Positions 1 to 9,138 of a stretch of 19,187 nucleotides of DNA are shown here, piece after piece (within the stretch, counting starts at the first letter, position 1; every line of letters begins with the position of its first letter). The position numbers were made by a program, and so were the translations under genes. The DNA comes from Candidatus Asgardarchaeum abyssi (lineage in GTDB: Archaea > Asgardarchaeota > Asgardarchaeia > Asgardarchaeales > Asgardarchaeaceae): contig JBECUL010000042.1 of NCBI GenBank assembly GCA_040225955.1, forward strand, positions 1 through 19,187, in the 5' to 3' direction. The notes beneath the pieces are model-generated. The model was not told the origin of the DNA. It worked only from the letters and a program-made list of their open reading frames with translations, and did not search any database.

Positions 1-77
1 CAAAAAGGAGTGCGGCGGAAAAAATAATTTTTTCGCAACCAATACGGATTTTTCACCTAATTAATGCGGAAGTACTG
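1..77 (+). mobile_element. End of an ISH3-family IS, probably internally deleted; terminal repeat TGCGGAAGTACTG at 65-77
   Basis: Frame 3 reads KRSAAEKIIFFATNTDFSPN*, containing the FATN motif typical of ISH3/IS4-like transposases. The 13-mer at 65-77 (reverse complement CAGTACTTCCGCA) resembles CAGTAC-type ISH3 ends and recurs exactly at 10293-10305. Confidence 0.7.
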
Positions 78-201
78 TACAAAATCAGAGACTTTATTAG
101 GGCATGTATAAGGATGCATCTAGTCATCTATTCGAGCTCTCTCATCATCTCTGATTTCTGGATTCTCATCAAATAAACTGCAGTTGCTGCGCATATTCCT
201 C

Positions 202-1479
202 TCATGATTTAGATAAAAGCCACTTATATGCAGGCATGAACTCTATTTCCTTTCCATCACGTTTTATCTTCTCTTCGTATTCCCAAGTCAAAATATATCC
301 CTTGTGGAGGCCCAATCGTTTTAAACCGAGCAGCAGGCCTTCAATTTCTCTTTTACGGGTATTTTTGTCTTCTGGATCGTAGCATACATTAATTAGGCTG
401 TTGATGGTTATTCCCTCTTTTATTACAAAATCGATTTCTCTCTTATCTATCTGATAGTAAAAGGCTTCGAATCCCCTTCTTTTTATCTCTAAGAAAACAA
501 GATTCTCAAGCATAGGGCCTAGGTTTTCGGATATTTTAAACCCAATAGCATTTGCAATTCCTGTGTCGATGGCATATATCTTCTTAGGCATAATTATCTG
601 ATCTTTCACTTTTTCGGAGTATGCATTAACCCGAAATATTAGATAAACTTGCTCTAGAAAGTCCATGTACCGTTGTATCGTTTCAAGTCCCATGCCAAAG
701 ATGTTTCTAAGCTTTCTATAGGTCACTCTTTGTCCTGAATTTGATAATAAATAATACGCCAATTCTCTAACTTTCGAGTACACGGCATTATATCTACTGA
801 CCACATCTTTCGTTATAATGTCCTCAAAATATTCAATCAATATTCTTCTATGGAGGCTTTGAGGAATTGAAAATAACTCAGGAAAGCCACCTTGCCCCAT
901 ATATTCTCTGAGATAACCTCGAATTTTCGCCTTTTCCTCGGTTCCAAAATATGCAACTCTTTCTCCTTTAAAAAATAAAAATTCCCTAAACGAAAGAGGG
1001 TATATTTCCAGCGATATTTTCCTTCCAGTCAGTATTTTAGCGTAGTCAACTGGAATGAAATATGAGGATGAATCCGTAATGAAAATATTTGCCTTCTTTA
1101 GGTCGACTAAACGTCTAACTAAACTTATCCAATCTCGGGCATTATGAACTTCGTCCAAAAAGAGAAAGATTTCCTTAGGCTTTTTGAGTTCAATATATTT
1201 TTTGTATAGTTCCTCCAGAGGAGACGCTGATAATCGAACATCATCAAAATTCAAAAGCAGTATATTTTCTGGCTCAGTCTTTGTGAGTAACCTATCGATA
1301 ATTTGATACAGGAGCGTACTCTTTCCAGATCTTCTAACGCCAGTTATAATTTTAACTTTATTCAAGTGAACTGTTTCCTCAACATGCCTTAGAATTTCTC
1401 TATCTTTTCCTCTCAGTCTTTCTTCTACTCTGCGCTCACGCCACCAAGGATTCCAGTCTTCTAAAGCTTCAACTGCCAT
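202..1479 (-). CDS. AAA+ ATPase, COG1373 type (AAA_14 + DUF4143)
   Basis: N-terminal NPWW, Walker A GVRRSGKS, Walker B LFLDEVH, GGFPE, PKKIYAIDTG, LENLV and EIDFV motifs. SD-like AGGTGG upstream. Confidence 0.93.
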   Translation of the reverse strand: MAVEALEDWNPWWRERRVEERLRGKDREILRHVEETVHLNKVKIITGVRRSGKSTLLYQIIDRLLTKTEPENILLLNFDDVRLSASPLEELYKKYIELKKPKEIFLFLDEVHNARDWISLVRRLVDLKKANIFITDSSSYFIPVDYAKILTGRKISLEIYPLSFREFLFFKGERVAYFGTEEKAKIRGYLREYMGQGGFPELFSIPQSLHRRILIEYFEDIITKDVVSRYNAVYSKVRELAYYLLSNSGQRVTYRKLRNIFGMGLETIQRYMDFLEQVYLIFRVNAYSEKVKDQIIMPKKIYAIDTGIANAIGFKISENLGPMLENLVFLEIKRRGFEAFYYQIDKREIDFVIKEGITINSLINVCYDPEDKNTRKREIEGLLLGLKRLGLHKGYILTWEYEEKIKRDGKEIEFMPAYKWLLSKS

Positions 1480-1493
1480 CTGACCACCTTTCG

Positions 1494-1535
1494 GTTCAAA
1501 TTATATTTATATTTGAACTATTGACGGTTCATATT
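1494..1535. promoter_or_regulatory. Candidate operator upstream of the COG1373 gene
   Basis: Inverted repeat GTTCAAAT (1494-1501)-N9-ATTTGAAC (1511-1518), plus a third half-site GGTTCATAT near 1527-1535. Confidence 0.4.
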
Positions 1536-1658
1536 TATTAAGTTATCTTTCAGCAAAAAATGTGAAAAACTTCTTGAGAAATGCTTATGATTCTATTAAT
1601 AACGTACTTTGCTTGAAAATAAATAATACATGAACAAAAAATAACAAAAAATTAGCTT

Positions 1659-2965
1659 CTATATTGTTTTTAAAAGAGAGTCTATTATATCTCTGAGCCT
1701 TCTTGCATATTTTTCGAAAGTATAAACTCTTACAATTCCTAGAAGTCTTGTTGAAATTTCACGTATCATGGATCCCTTTCGCATAGCGATATCTATGGGT
1801 TTATTTTTATTATCATATACTAAGATTGAATATTGTTTCTCTTCATACTCTTTAGAGGGTATAAATATATATGGGGCTTGTTTAATATCAATGCGTGGTT
1901 CATCAATAAATACACCATCCTCCGGGATTTGAGCTTTACCCAACTGCTCTATGAAATCTCTTCGGTTTTTTAGTTCTCTAAGAAAGTGAAATTCGCTACT
2001 GAATCGCTCATCCATTTTACTTATGCTCTCTTCAACTTCACCAACAAGTTTTATCGGTTCTCTATAAAGAATCATTTTAATTAGTTTTCTTACTTTTTCA
2101 TCAATTTCCTTATTTTTTAGAAGAGATCTAAATTGAGAAATTAACCATATATCATCCTTGTCGGTTAATTCTTCTTCTATGTTTTCTTTAATTGCTGGAT
2201 ATTGAATTATGCCGTTAGATAGTAATTCTTGCATAACTTTGCTAACCATTATTTCAAACGCACGCTTTGTTTTATGAATATACACTTGCCGATACATGTA
2301 AAAACGGGCAAATACGAATTCTTCGGCTACATAAATACCCTTCCTAGAAACTATGAGATGCCCTTCATCTGTAGAAGTTAGGGATATGAGAAGTCTATCT
2401 AGATCATAGATACCATATTTAACACCGCAAAACAGTGAATCTCTAAGAAGGAAATCTAACCTATCGGCATCTAGCTCAGAATGTATTAACTGGGATCCTG
2501 ATGGATACTTTATGTTTGACCCTCGAATGTAGTCAACTATGTCGCCTATATCACTATTGCTAAATTCATCTTTTAAATATCCCGTAAAGAAGTCCTTTCG
2601 ATTATTGCTTTAGTATATTCTTCGTGACCTCCTCTAATTTTTAGTATCTTTTCCATAACTTTTTCAAATGTGTGAGAAAGAGGAAAATGCCCAATGTCAT
2701 GTAATAGTGCAGCCATCGCAATTTTTTGACTTTCTTCTTCAGGAATTTTAAGATTTTGAGTTATCTGTTTGGCTATTTTCATAACACCTAGAGAGTGGCC
2801 AAATCGTGTATGAGTTGCTCCATGGAAAACATAATGAGCTAGCCCCAGCTGTTTAATCCTACGTAACCGTTGAAACAGTGGATGCTCAATTATTTTTAAT
2901 TCAAGAGGAGTTACTTCGATGAATCCATGTACAGGGTCTCTAAAGTATTTAAGGTCATCCGTCAC
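1659..2965 (-). pseudogene. HD-domain phosphohydrolase (COG1078, YwfO/SAMHD1-like), split by a 1-nt frameshift at about 2575
   Basis: RDPVHG, FQRLRRIKQLG, HTRFGHSLG and LLHDIGHFPLSH lie in 2573-2965. The shifted frame continues LKDEFSN...ELDADRLDFLLRDS...GVKYG...ARFYMYRQVYIHK directly into ORF 1659-2297. Confidence 0.9.
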
Positions 2966-3498
2966 TACGATCCCCGTAGGAGATTATTTTTCTTCATTAA
3001 ATTGTACATATTGCGAATTTCATGTTTATTGAATTTATACCCCTTAATGCCTTGCAAGACCTTAATTATTTCATCAACACCCTTTTTCTCCAAACCAGAG
3101 GTATAATTTAGTATGAAATGTATCGAAGCTGCCAACTCCAATTCTCTTGGATTAAAATCTTTAGATATCTCTTCTAACTTTTCTAAAATTAAATCTACCT
3201 TATCCTTTGTTTCTTCGTCGATCGAGATGTCTTCCTCACTTAAACTTTTTTTAATTTTCAATTGCGCAGACGAAACAACAGGAGGTAGTTTATATTCCAG
3301 AATATCTTCAGCTATTAGAAAATCAACATCGCTATCAAGTTCTTTACTAAATGGACCGAAAAGTCACCATCTAAACCTATATGAAAGAGGAACACCACCT
3401 TCCTCCACGAAGTATATGATTTTCTGAAGAGCCTTTCTACCCTTTACAGTGCCCAATCTTTTAAGCACATAAAGAACCACAGAGATGTCATCTAGCAT
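2965..3498 (-). pseudogene. YwgA-like winged-helix protein with an in-frame TGA at codon 45 (3364-3366)
   Basis: From ATG 3498: MLDDISVVLYVLKRLGTVKGRKALQKIIYF...YRFRW*LFGPFSKELDSD..., in frame with ORF 2965-3261 (ELELAASIHF). Its TAG overlaps the GTG start of the HD gene. Confidence 0.8.
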
Positions 3499-3632
3499 TG
3501 TAACAACGCCTCACATAGAAATTTAATTCCTCCCATTAGTACCTAAATTATTATATTTTGGGTTACTTTTTCCTTATTTTATTTATCATAAAAATTATTA
3601 TCTTCTAAAAGACACAACCAGAATTCTTAATA

Positions 3633-3926
3633 TTAGTAATTTTTAACGCATTTAAACCACGATAAAAATGAAAATATCATCCGGTGCTTCAATAGAGAGA
3701 CACACATAATTAGTAAAGTTGCGAGGTCATGCGTAAATGAAAACGAGCCGCATTTTTCTAGTAGTTTCCCTTTTAAGAAAAATTTAGCTGCCTGGTGCGC
3801 ATTAAAGCATACAAACCAATACTTATTCCTATCAAGGGCACTTTCAGCCTCCTCCAGGAATTCTCTACCCTTTGTAACCAGTCGCTCGAACTCATGTCTA
3901 TCACGCTTTCTAACTTCGAATTCTAA
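3633..3926 (-). pseudogene. HEPN-domain protein remnant (COG2250 type)
   Basis: Hand translation gives ...GREFLEEAESALDRNKYWFVCFNAHQAAKFFLKGKLLEKCGSFSFTHDLATLL..., matching the CF.AQQA.E..LK...THDL..LL pattern. No start codon (TTA at the expected place) and the C-terminus degenerates. Confidence 0.75.
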
Positions 3927-4361
3927 TTTTCCTTTTCCCCTCTCTTATACAACTAGTATGATGAGAAAACAAATATAAAATCTTTTTAGGATGCTGATGA
4001 CACTACATAAGACAAGCAGAACCAGAATAAAACGCTCTCTACTTTGCCTGCTCAACAAAACACGGAAAGGGTATTTAAGCACCTCGGCTCGATACAATAA
4101 CTCATATTAAATAACCCATTGCAACAAAAATCCATATCTGCTCGTCACAGAAAACTTGATTTCACCTACCCGCAACCAATCCGTTATAATTCAAATCTCT
4201 ATCTATTCATATAACCACTTATTTTACATTCACCTTCAACCTCCTCGAAACTATAACTCACAAAAACCACACCCCAGCCAATTTAATAGTGTATTACACC
4301 AGTAAAAAGAAATCTAATAGCTTATTTTTTGAAAATAAGTTAGAAAAAACCTCTATTTTAA

Positions 4362-4378
4362 GAAAAAAGCTTATATAG
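4362..4378 (+). promoter_or_regulatory. Candidate BRE/TATA promoter for module copy 1
   Basis: GAAAAAAGC-TTATATAG lies upstream of SD GGAGGTG (4431-4437) and ATG 4443. Confidence 0.5.
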
Positions 4379-4442
4379 TAGTTTTTAAATAGAAATAAGT
4401 AATTAGATTGGAAATTGTGGATTTTGAATTGGAGGTGTTAAT

Positions 4443-4943
4443 ATGAGTGGAGGTAGAAGGTATAATGGGCCGACGGGCCTGGGTGTATGGTTACAGAGGA
4501 CTCATAGAAGGAGGAGAAGGACGGAGCAAGAACTTAGAGTTAGGAGGATGTTAGAGGAGCTGAGAGTGGAGTTTGAGGAGCAGTATGCGATTATGTTAGG
4601 GTATAATGAGGGGAGGCCTGGAGTGAGGAGGGGGGAGGGAGTGAATTGGGCAGTGGTAGATTTTTTCATAAGGGGGAAGAGGAGGGACATAGTATTAGAA
4701 TGTGGGCAATACAACATGGGAAAGAGTAGAAATCACTTGATGGAGAGAGTAAGGATAAAATCACGGGAACTCAACTTGAGATTTTTTGAGATGAAGTCAC
4801 GCTATGATTTAGTATGTGTGGCGTTCATAGAGGCGCCGGTTGTGGATCTTAAGGAGTACATAGCTCCGAGAATACCATATGCAGATTTTGTGGTGGATAG
4901 CCTTTCTGAGCTTAAGAGAGTTATCAGAAAACTGACTAGATGA
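4443..4943 (+). CDS. Vsr/DUF559-like (restriction endonuclease fold) protein, copy 1
   Basis: Pattern TEQE...L...F..QY.I...VVDFF...IVLEC. Strong SD. About 80% identical by manual alignment to 13278-13784. Confidence 0.7.
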   Translation: MSGGRRYNGPTGLGVWLQRTHRRRRRTEQELRVRRMLEELRVEFEEQYAIMLGYNEGRPGVRRGEGVNWAVVDFFIRGKRRDIVLECGQYNMGKSRNHLMERVRIKSRELNLRFFEMKSRYDLVCVAFIEAPVVDLKEYIAPRIPYADFVVDSLSELKRVIRKLTR

Positions 4944-4954
4944 GATGATGGATT

Positions 4955-5422
4955 TTGCCTAGGGATGTAGAAAGTAGATTGTTTGACAGGATTGCCGAGC
5001 AAACCACATTAAGTGTGCAAATTTATAGTACTTTAAACACTCTTAGGAGGTTACTTTCCGAGAAGAGGGAATTTTTAGATTTTTTAAGGGGGATACTGGG
5101 TTGGGAAAAGGGTTCTGTTTTCAAGAAAAAAGTAAGGAACAGAAAGGGTGGAAGAACGTACCGCTACTATTATCTGCGGATTAGTAATGGTGGAAAGAGA
5201 TATGATATATATCTTGGAAGATATTGCGATGAGCTAAAACATATAAGACGTCTTGCGCGAAAAATATCAAGTATAGATAGGAGGATAGACAAGGGGCTAA
5301 CAGCAATGCGGGAATTAGTAGATATATTAAGGGAGCTGGATGATACTGCTAAGAGAATGTTAGAATTAATTAAGAGTAAAAAGGAATTTAGGAGACCTAA
5401 ACTACTATCAATGAATAGTTAG
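4955..5422 (+). CDS. Coiled-coil protein with a central beta-sheet DNA-binding-like motif (DUF6788 / SSV1 D-335 N-terminus-like), copy 1
   Basis: GSVFKKKVRNRKGGRTYRYYYLRISNGGKRYDIYLGR flanked by long amphipathic helices. Paralog at 13799-14242. TTG start. Confidence 0.6.
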   Translation: MPRDVESRLFDRIAEQTTLSVQIYSTLNTLRRLLSEKREFLDFLRGILGWEKGSVFKKKVRNRKGGRTYRYYYLRISNGGKRYDIYLGRYCDELKHIRRLARKISSIDRRIDKGLTAMRELVDILRELDDTAKRMLELIKSKKEFRRPKLLSMNS

Positions 5423-5600
5423 GTTATCAAGAGGGATGGATGGGATGATAGATTTGCTTAAGATGTAGGAAGTAAGTTGTTTGATGGGTACTGGCTGGAG
5501 AGGAGTTATTTTTTATGAAAGTAACTATTAAATATATCTTTTTATCTAATTTGTTAATAATTTCTTTTTGTTGCCATAACATTTTCTAGGGAGGTTTTCC

Positions 5601-8513
5601 ATGAGCAGCTTGCAAATGAATCCAGATGAGGTTTTATCACCCTTGCTGAGAAAACTCTATAAATCAACGAAAAATGTTGCTAAGGGCAAAAAGAATAGAC
5701 ATCACAATCGGTTTACCGTATATGACTTACGAGAAAAATTTATTGAAAAATGTTACCCTGATGAGCAAGCTAATAAAAAAATCTTTAGATCACCTATTAG
5801 TTGCTTTAAAGAAGTTCTACGAAACTTTATTAAGGAATATAAAAATGATGGGGATAAATTTCGAGAGTGCATCAATGTTTTGATGAAAAATCTCGAATTT
5901 TCTAATGATCGAGAAGATTCGAATGAATTAGAGCTTAGCGGCGAAAAGCTAAAGACTATTATAAGTAAAACTATAAAAATATCAATAAAGAAAAGTAAAA
6001 TATTTCCTCATACCTCTCGCAAAGACCTTATAAAAAATATTGACAATACGATTGAAAAAATTATAAAAGATGACAAGAAAAAATATTCTTTTAAGTTAGA
6101 AGAGCTAGTAGAAGAGATATCTATTCGCTACGAGAGTAGTAAGGAGACATCCAGTAAAAGAGTATCTAGCGAAAAAAGTATTATTAAAAAATATAATCTT
6201 ACATTTGAATTTATTTTTGGTTTTGATCGTGAGAAAAAAGACCCTAAGGAAAAATCTATATTGATAGAGTTTCGAAATATATCAGTAAGGTTACCAAACT
6301 ATGATATAATAAATATAATGGAGAAGAAATTACTTGATGAATTATTTAATAAAAAACTCAATAGGGAATTATCAAAGTTCGTGTTCAAATTTATACATGC
6401 TTTACTCTACTTTTTATATCAAAATTTAGAAAATCCTACAAAATTAATTAACGCTCTACAGATAGAGAGTGATAAGGATATTAAAAATTACCTTAGAATT
6501 TTACTTTTTCATTTCCACTCAATAGATGGACTGATTTGGGCTTGTTTTAAGCACGAGGTTTGCAAGAGTTGTATTGCAGCTAAAGAATATACTCTATCAA
6601 CTGGGAGAGAAAAAATAATACGTGACCCAATGTACGGTGATATGATCTTTGAACCTGACGAGATTGTACTCATTGATACTTGTTATATGCAAAGATTAAG
6701 GCGTATTAGACAAATGGGTTTTCTTGACTTCATCTTTCCAGATGCTGTTAACACAAGGTTTGACCATTCTCTAGGAGTTGCACATATCGCTAAGAGAATA
6801 TATAGTCTACTTAAAAAAAGAGGTTTATTTAAAAAAATTTTTTCTGATATAGTTGCTAATAGTGAACTATGTAAAAATCTTAAGGAGAAAGAAAAAGAAA
6901 GAATTATAAATTTAGTAACTAAATTGGAAGAAAAAGTGGTTACATATGCTGCAATTCTCCATGATATAGGTCATGTTCCCTTTTCTCATACTGGGGAAGG
7001 CTACTATAACATACTCATAGAAGGAAATAATAATTCGAGGAATAACTTAAAAAAGTTGCAACTAAATGAACTACGACATAAAATTTTAAAAGAGAAACCG
7101 CACGAGGGAAATGGGTTTTTTCTTATTGTTGAACGAAAGAAAACCCTTACCACGCCTGCTGGATTAAATGCAATACCCATCACAAAAAATTCTAAACTTC
7201 GAAAAGAGGCTATATTTAAAAATTGTTTATACATAACTTTAAAAAAACTTTTTGAATATTATCTGACTCAACAAATAAAAAAATTAAATCTAAATATCAA
7301 AATTAAAGAAAATGCAAAAGAGACTATATTAGATCTTTTAATTGCTAGAGTTGCATTGTATATTATAAATTTAAATAAAGATAAACTCTTTGAGAATGCA
7401 AAAGAATACCTCAAAGAAATAAAATATCCCATAGAATCAAAAAACGACAAGCTATGTATGGAAAATGAGATGTTTATGAGATGTCTATATATTATTAACA
7501 AGGAACTTACAGAGAATGCAGATCATTATCCATTTCATGAAATAATTAATGGCGAGTGGATAGATGCAGATAAATTAGACTACTATTTCAGAAATGCATA
7601 TTTTTCGGGACATGAATTCATAATTGGTCATAGAGACCGAATCATCAATTCTATAAGTATATGTAAAAATGCTAATGGAAAATATTTTCTTTCCGTATAT
7701 GGAAAATCTATAGATACTGCTTACTCTCTCATTTTCAATCGTTATTTTCTGGATAAAGCCATTCATTCCCATCCATTAAACTTAGGTATGGAACACATCA
7801 TGAAACGTTTATTAAGGGAATATAAAGAATCTCTGATAAAAAAGAAAATTGTCGATTTATCAAAAGTTTATGAAGAATGGAAGAGACTACTCAGAAATAA
7901 TGATATTGAATTTATTAGTTTATTATTAAATGAATTTATTAAAAATCGACTTTTTGATAAAGCTGCAGAATTATTTAAGCTAATGCATAGGTCAAAATTA
8001 AAAACATTTACTATAATTGAGTTATTCACACTAAACAATAATAAAAAATTAAAAAAAGTATTAAATGACTTAGAGGAAAAAATTAAAAAAAACGACAAAA
8101 AACATTTATTCATTTATATAAGAGAGGAAAGATCACCGACAGAATCTTTGAATGCCTTTTCTAAGATAAGATCTTTTATGCGTACTAAGGGTATTTCTGA
8201 CCTAACTTGTGAAGACGAAGAGAGCTACTTAAAAACCATACATAATCCTGGTGAGAAGGAAACTATTCTAGCTAGGTTGTTCATCTATATTGATATGTCC
8301 CATTTATTTGATATCATGAAGTCCACGAATGAATCTATATACAATATATTAGATAAACAAAGAAAATGTATAAATGAAATAGTAGATAAGCTGAATAAAA
8401 ATAAAGAAGATTATGAAATAAAAATCAGAACAATTAGACCTTTATTAGGGAACCGTTCAAACTTTCTTTCAATGCAAAAAAGATGCCACGAAAATAGGTC
8501 TGAAAAACGATGA
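5601..8513 (+). CDS. Large HD-domain dNTP triphosphohydrolase-like protein (SAMHD1/COG1078-like core with a ~340-aa N-terminal extension)
   Basis: IRDPMYG, MQRLRRIRQMG, TRFDHSLGVAH, ILHDIGHVPFSH, HE and DADKLDY motifs. SD GGAGG. The last ~25 codons overlap IS-derived sequence. Confidence 0.88.
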   Translation: MSSLQMNPDEVLSPLLRKLYKSTKNVAKGKKNRHHNRFTVYDLREKFIEKCYPDEQANKKIFRSPISCFKEVLRNFIKEYKNDGDKFRECINVLMKNLEFSNDREDSNELELSGEKLKTIISKTIKISIKKSKIFPHTSRKDLIKNIDNTIEKIIKDDKKKYSFKLEELVEEISIRYESSKETSSKRVSSEKSIIKKYNLTFEFIFGFDREKKDPKEKSILIEFRNISVRLPNYDIINIMEKKLLDELFNKKLNRELSKFVFKFIHALLYFLYQNLENPTKLINALQIESDKDIKNYLRILLFHFHSIDGLIWACFKHEVCKSCIAAKEYTLSTGREKIIRDPMYGDMIFEPDEIVLIDTCYMQRLRRIRQMGFLDFIFPDAVNTRFDHSLGVAHIAKRIYSLLKKRGLFKKIFSDIVANSELCKNLKEKEKERIINLVTKLEEKVVTYAAILHDIGHVPFSHTGEGYYNILIEGNNNSRNNLKKLQLNELRHKILKEKPHEGNGFFLIVERKKTLTTPAGLNAIPITKNSKLRKEAIFKNCLYITLKKLFEYYLTQQIKKLNLNIKIKENAKETILDLLIARVALYIINLNKDKLFENAKEYLKEIKYPIESKNDKLCMENEMFMRCLYIINKELTENADHYPFHEIINGEWIDADKLDYYFRNAYFSGHEFIIGHRDRIINSISICKNANGKYFLSVYGKSIDTAYSLIFNRYFLDKAIHSHPLNLGMEHIMKRLLREYKESLIKKKIVDLSKVYEEWKRLLRNNDIEFISLLLNEFIKNRLFDKAAELFKLMHRSKLKTFTIIELFTLNNNKKLKKVLNDLEEKIKKNDKKHLFIYIREERSPTESLNAFSKIRSFMRTKGISDLTCEDEESYLKTIHNPGEKETILARLFIYIDMSHLFDIMKSTNESIYNILDKQRKCINEIVDKLNKNKEDYEIKIRTIRPLLGNRSNFLSMQKRCHENRSEKR

Positions 8514-9087
8514 TCCACGCAGCAGTGGAAAACATTTCGATTCAAAAAGCAATGCCCCCTAAACCACCAACATTAATAATGATATTTTACAGTATAATCT
8601 CTCTAGACTCAGATTTAATGACGCCGAAATGGATATAGTATATCAAAAATATAATCGCGCATCTAAGAAAGCTTATTAAAAAATTTCATTTATAGTTAAC
8701 TTGATAGACCATCGGTTCTACGAGCTTATTTAAATCCATACACATTACATTACAAAATAAATGTATGTTTCATTATATCGTGATATTGATTGCGGCATAT
8801 AAGGTAGCAATTTCAATAACCGTATTTCCTCAGCTGGACAGTGTAACAAAGCCTCTCGAGCTATTAAGTCTCTAAAGATTAAAATCATCTATATGGACCG
8901 TGGATTTTATTCGATCAGCGTGATTAAGTTACTCAAAAGACTTAAGCTAATATTCATTATCTATTCGGCTGAGATACATTGTATGAAACTAGTTCTGAAG
9001 AGCATTCTTAAAGATGAGTCTCTTCATAAGATAGATATGAAACAAAGAATAGTAGTTAAGTGCAGAGTTGCTGGTTTACCTGCCTGA
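8439..9087 (+). mobile_element. Degraded ISH3-family DDE transposase fragment (N-terminal half)
   Basis: Across frameshifts it reads FIREPFKLSFNAKK / MIHAAVENISIQ ... SLKIKIIYMDRGFYSISVIKLLKRLKLIFII, with the DRGF catalytic motif. Many stops. Boundaries are approximate. Confidence 0.75.
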
Positions 9088-9138
9088 TGGACGAAAGAAA
9101 ACAGAGCTAGTCCATAGTAATAAGTTCCAGAGTTGGTG

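Noticed and set aside
2568-2582. Programmed -1 frameshift in the HD gene at TTTAAAA
   Set aside because: The heptamer is phased T TTA AAA in the destination frame, not the incoming frame (ATT TAA), so it is not a canonical slippery site. A single-base deletion is simpler.
3364-3366. TGA as selenocysteine or recoded Trp
   Set aside because: The position is not Cys-like, no SECIS is evident, and TGA acts as a normal stop in other genes here.
3113-3427. 104-aa + strand ORF
   Set aside because: Antisense shadow of the YwgA-like gene.
3958-4006. C/D box sRNA or fluoride riboswitch (ATGATGA...GCTGATGACACTAC)
   Set aside because: No internal C'/D' boxes or terminal stem, and the riboswitch 5' GGCGATGG stem is absent.
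4502-8113. Short ORFs 4502-4717, 4802-5002, 5674-5883, 7004-7234, 7268-7501, 7575-7772, 7868-8113
   Set aside because: Overlap better-supported genes and carry no motifs.
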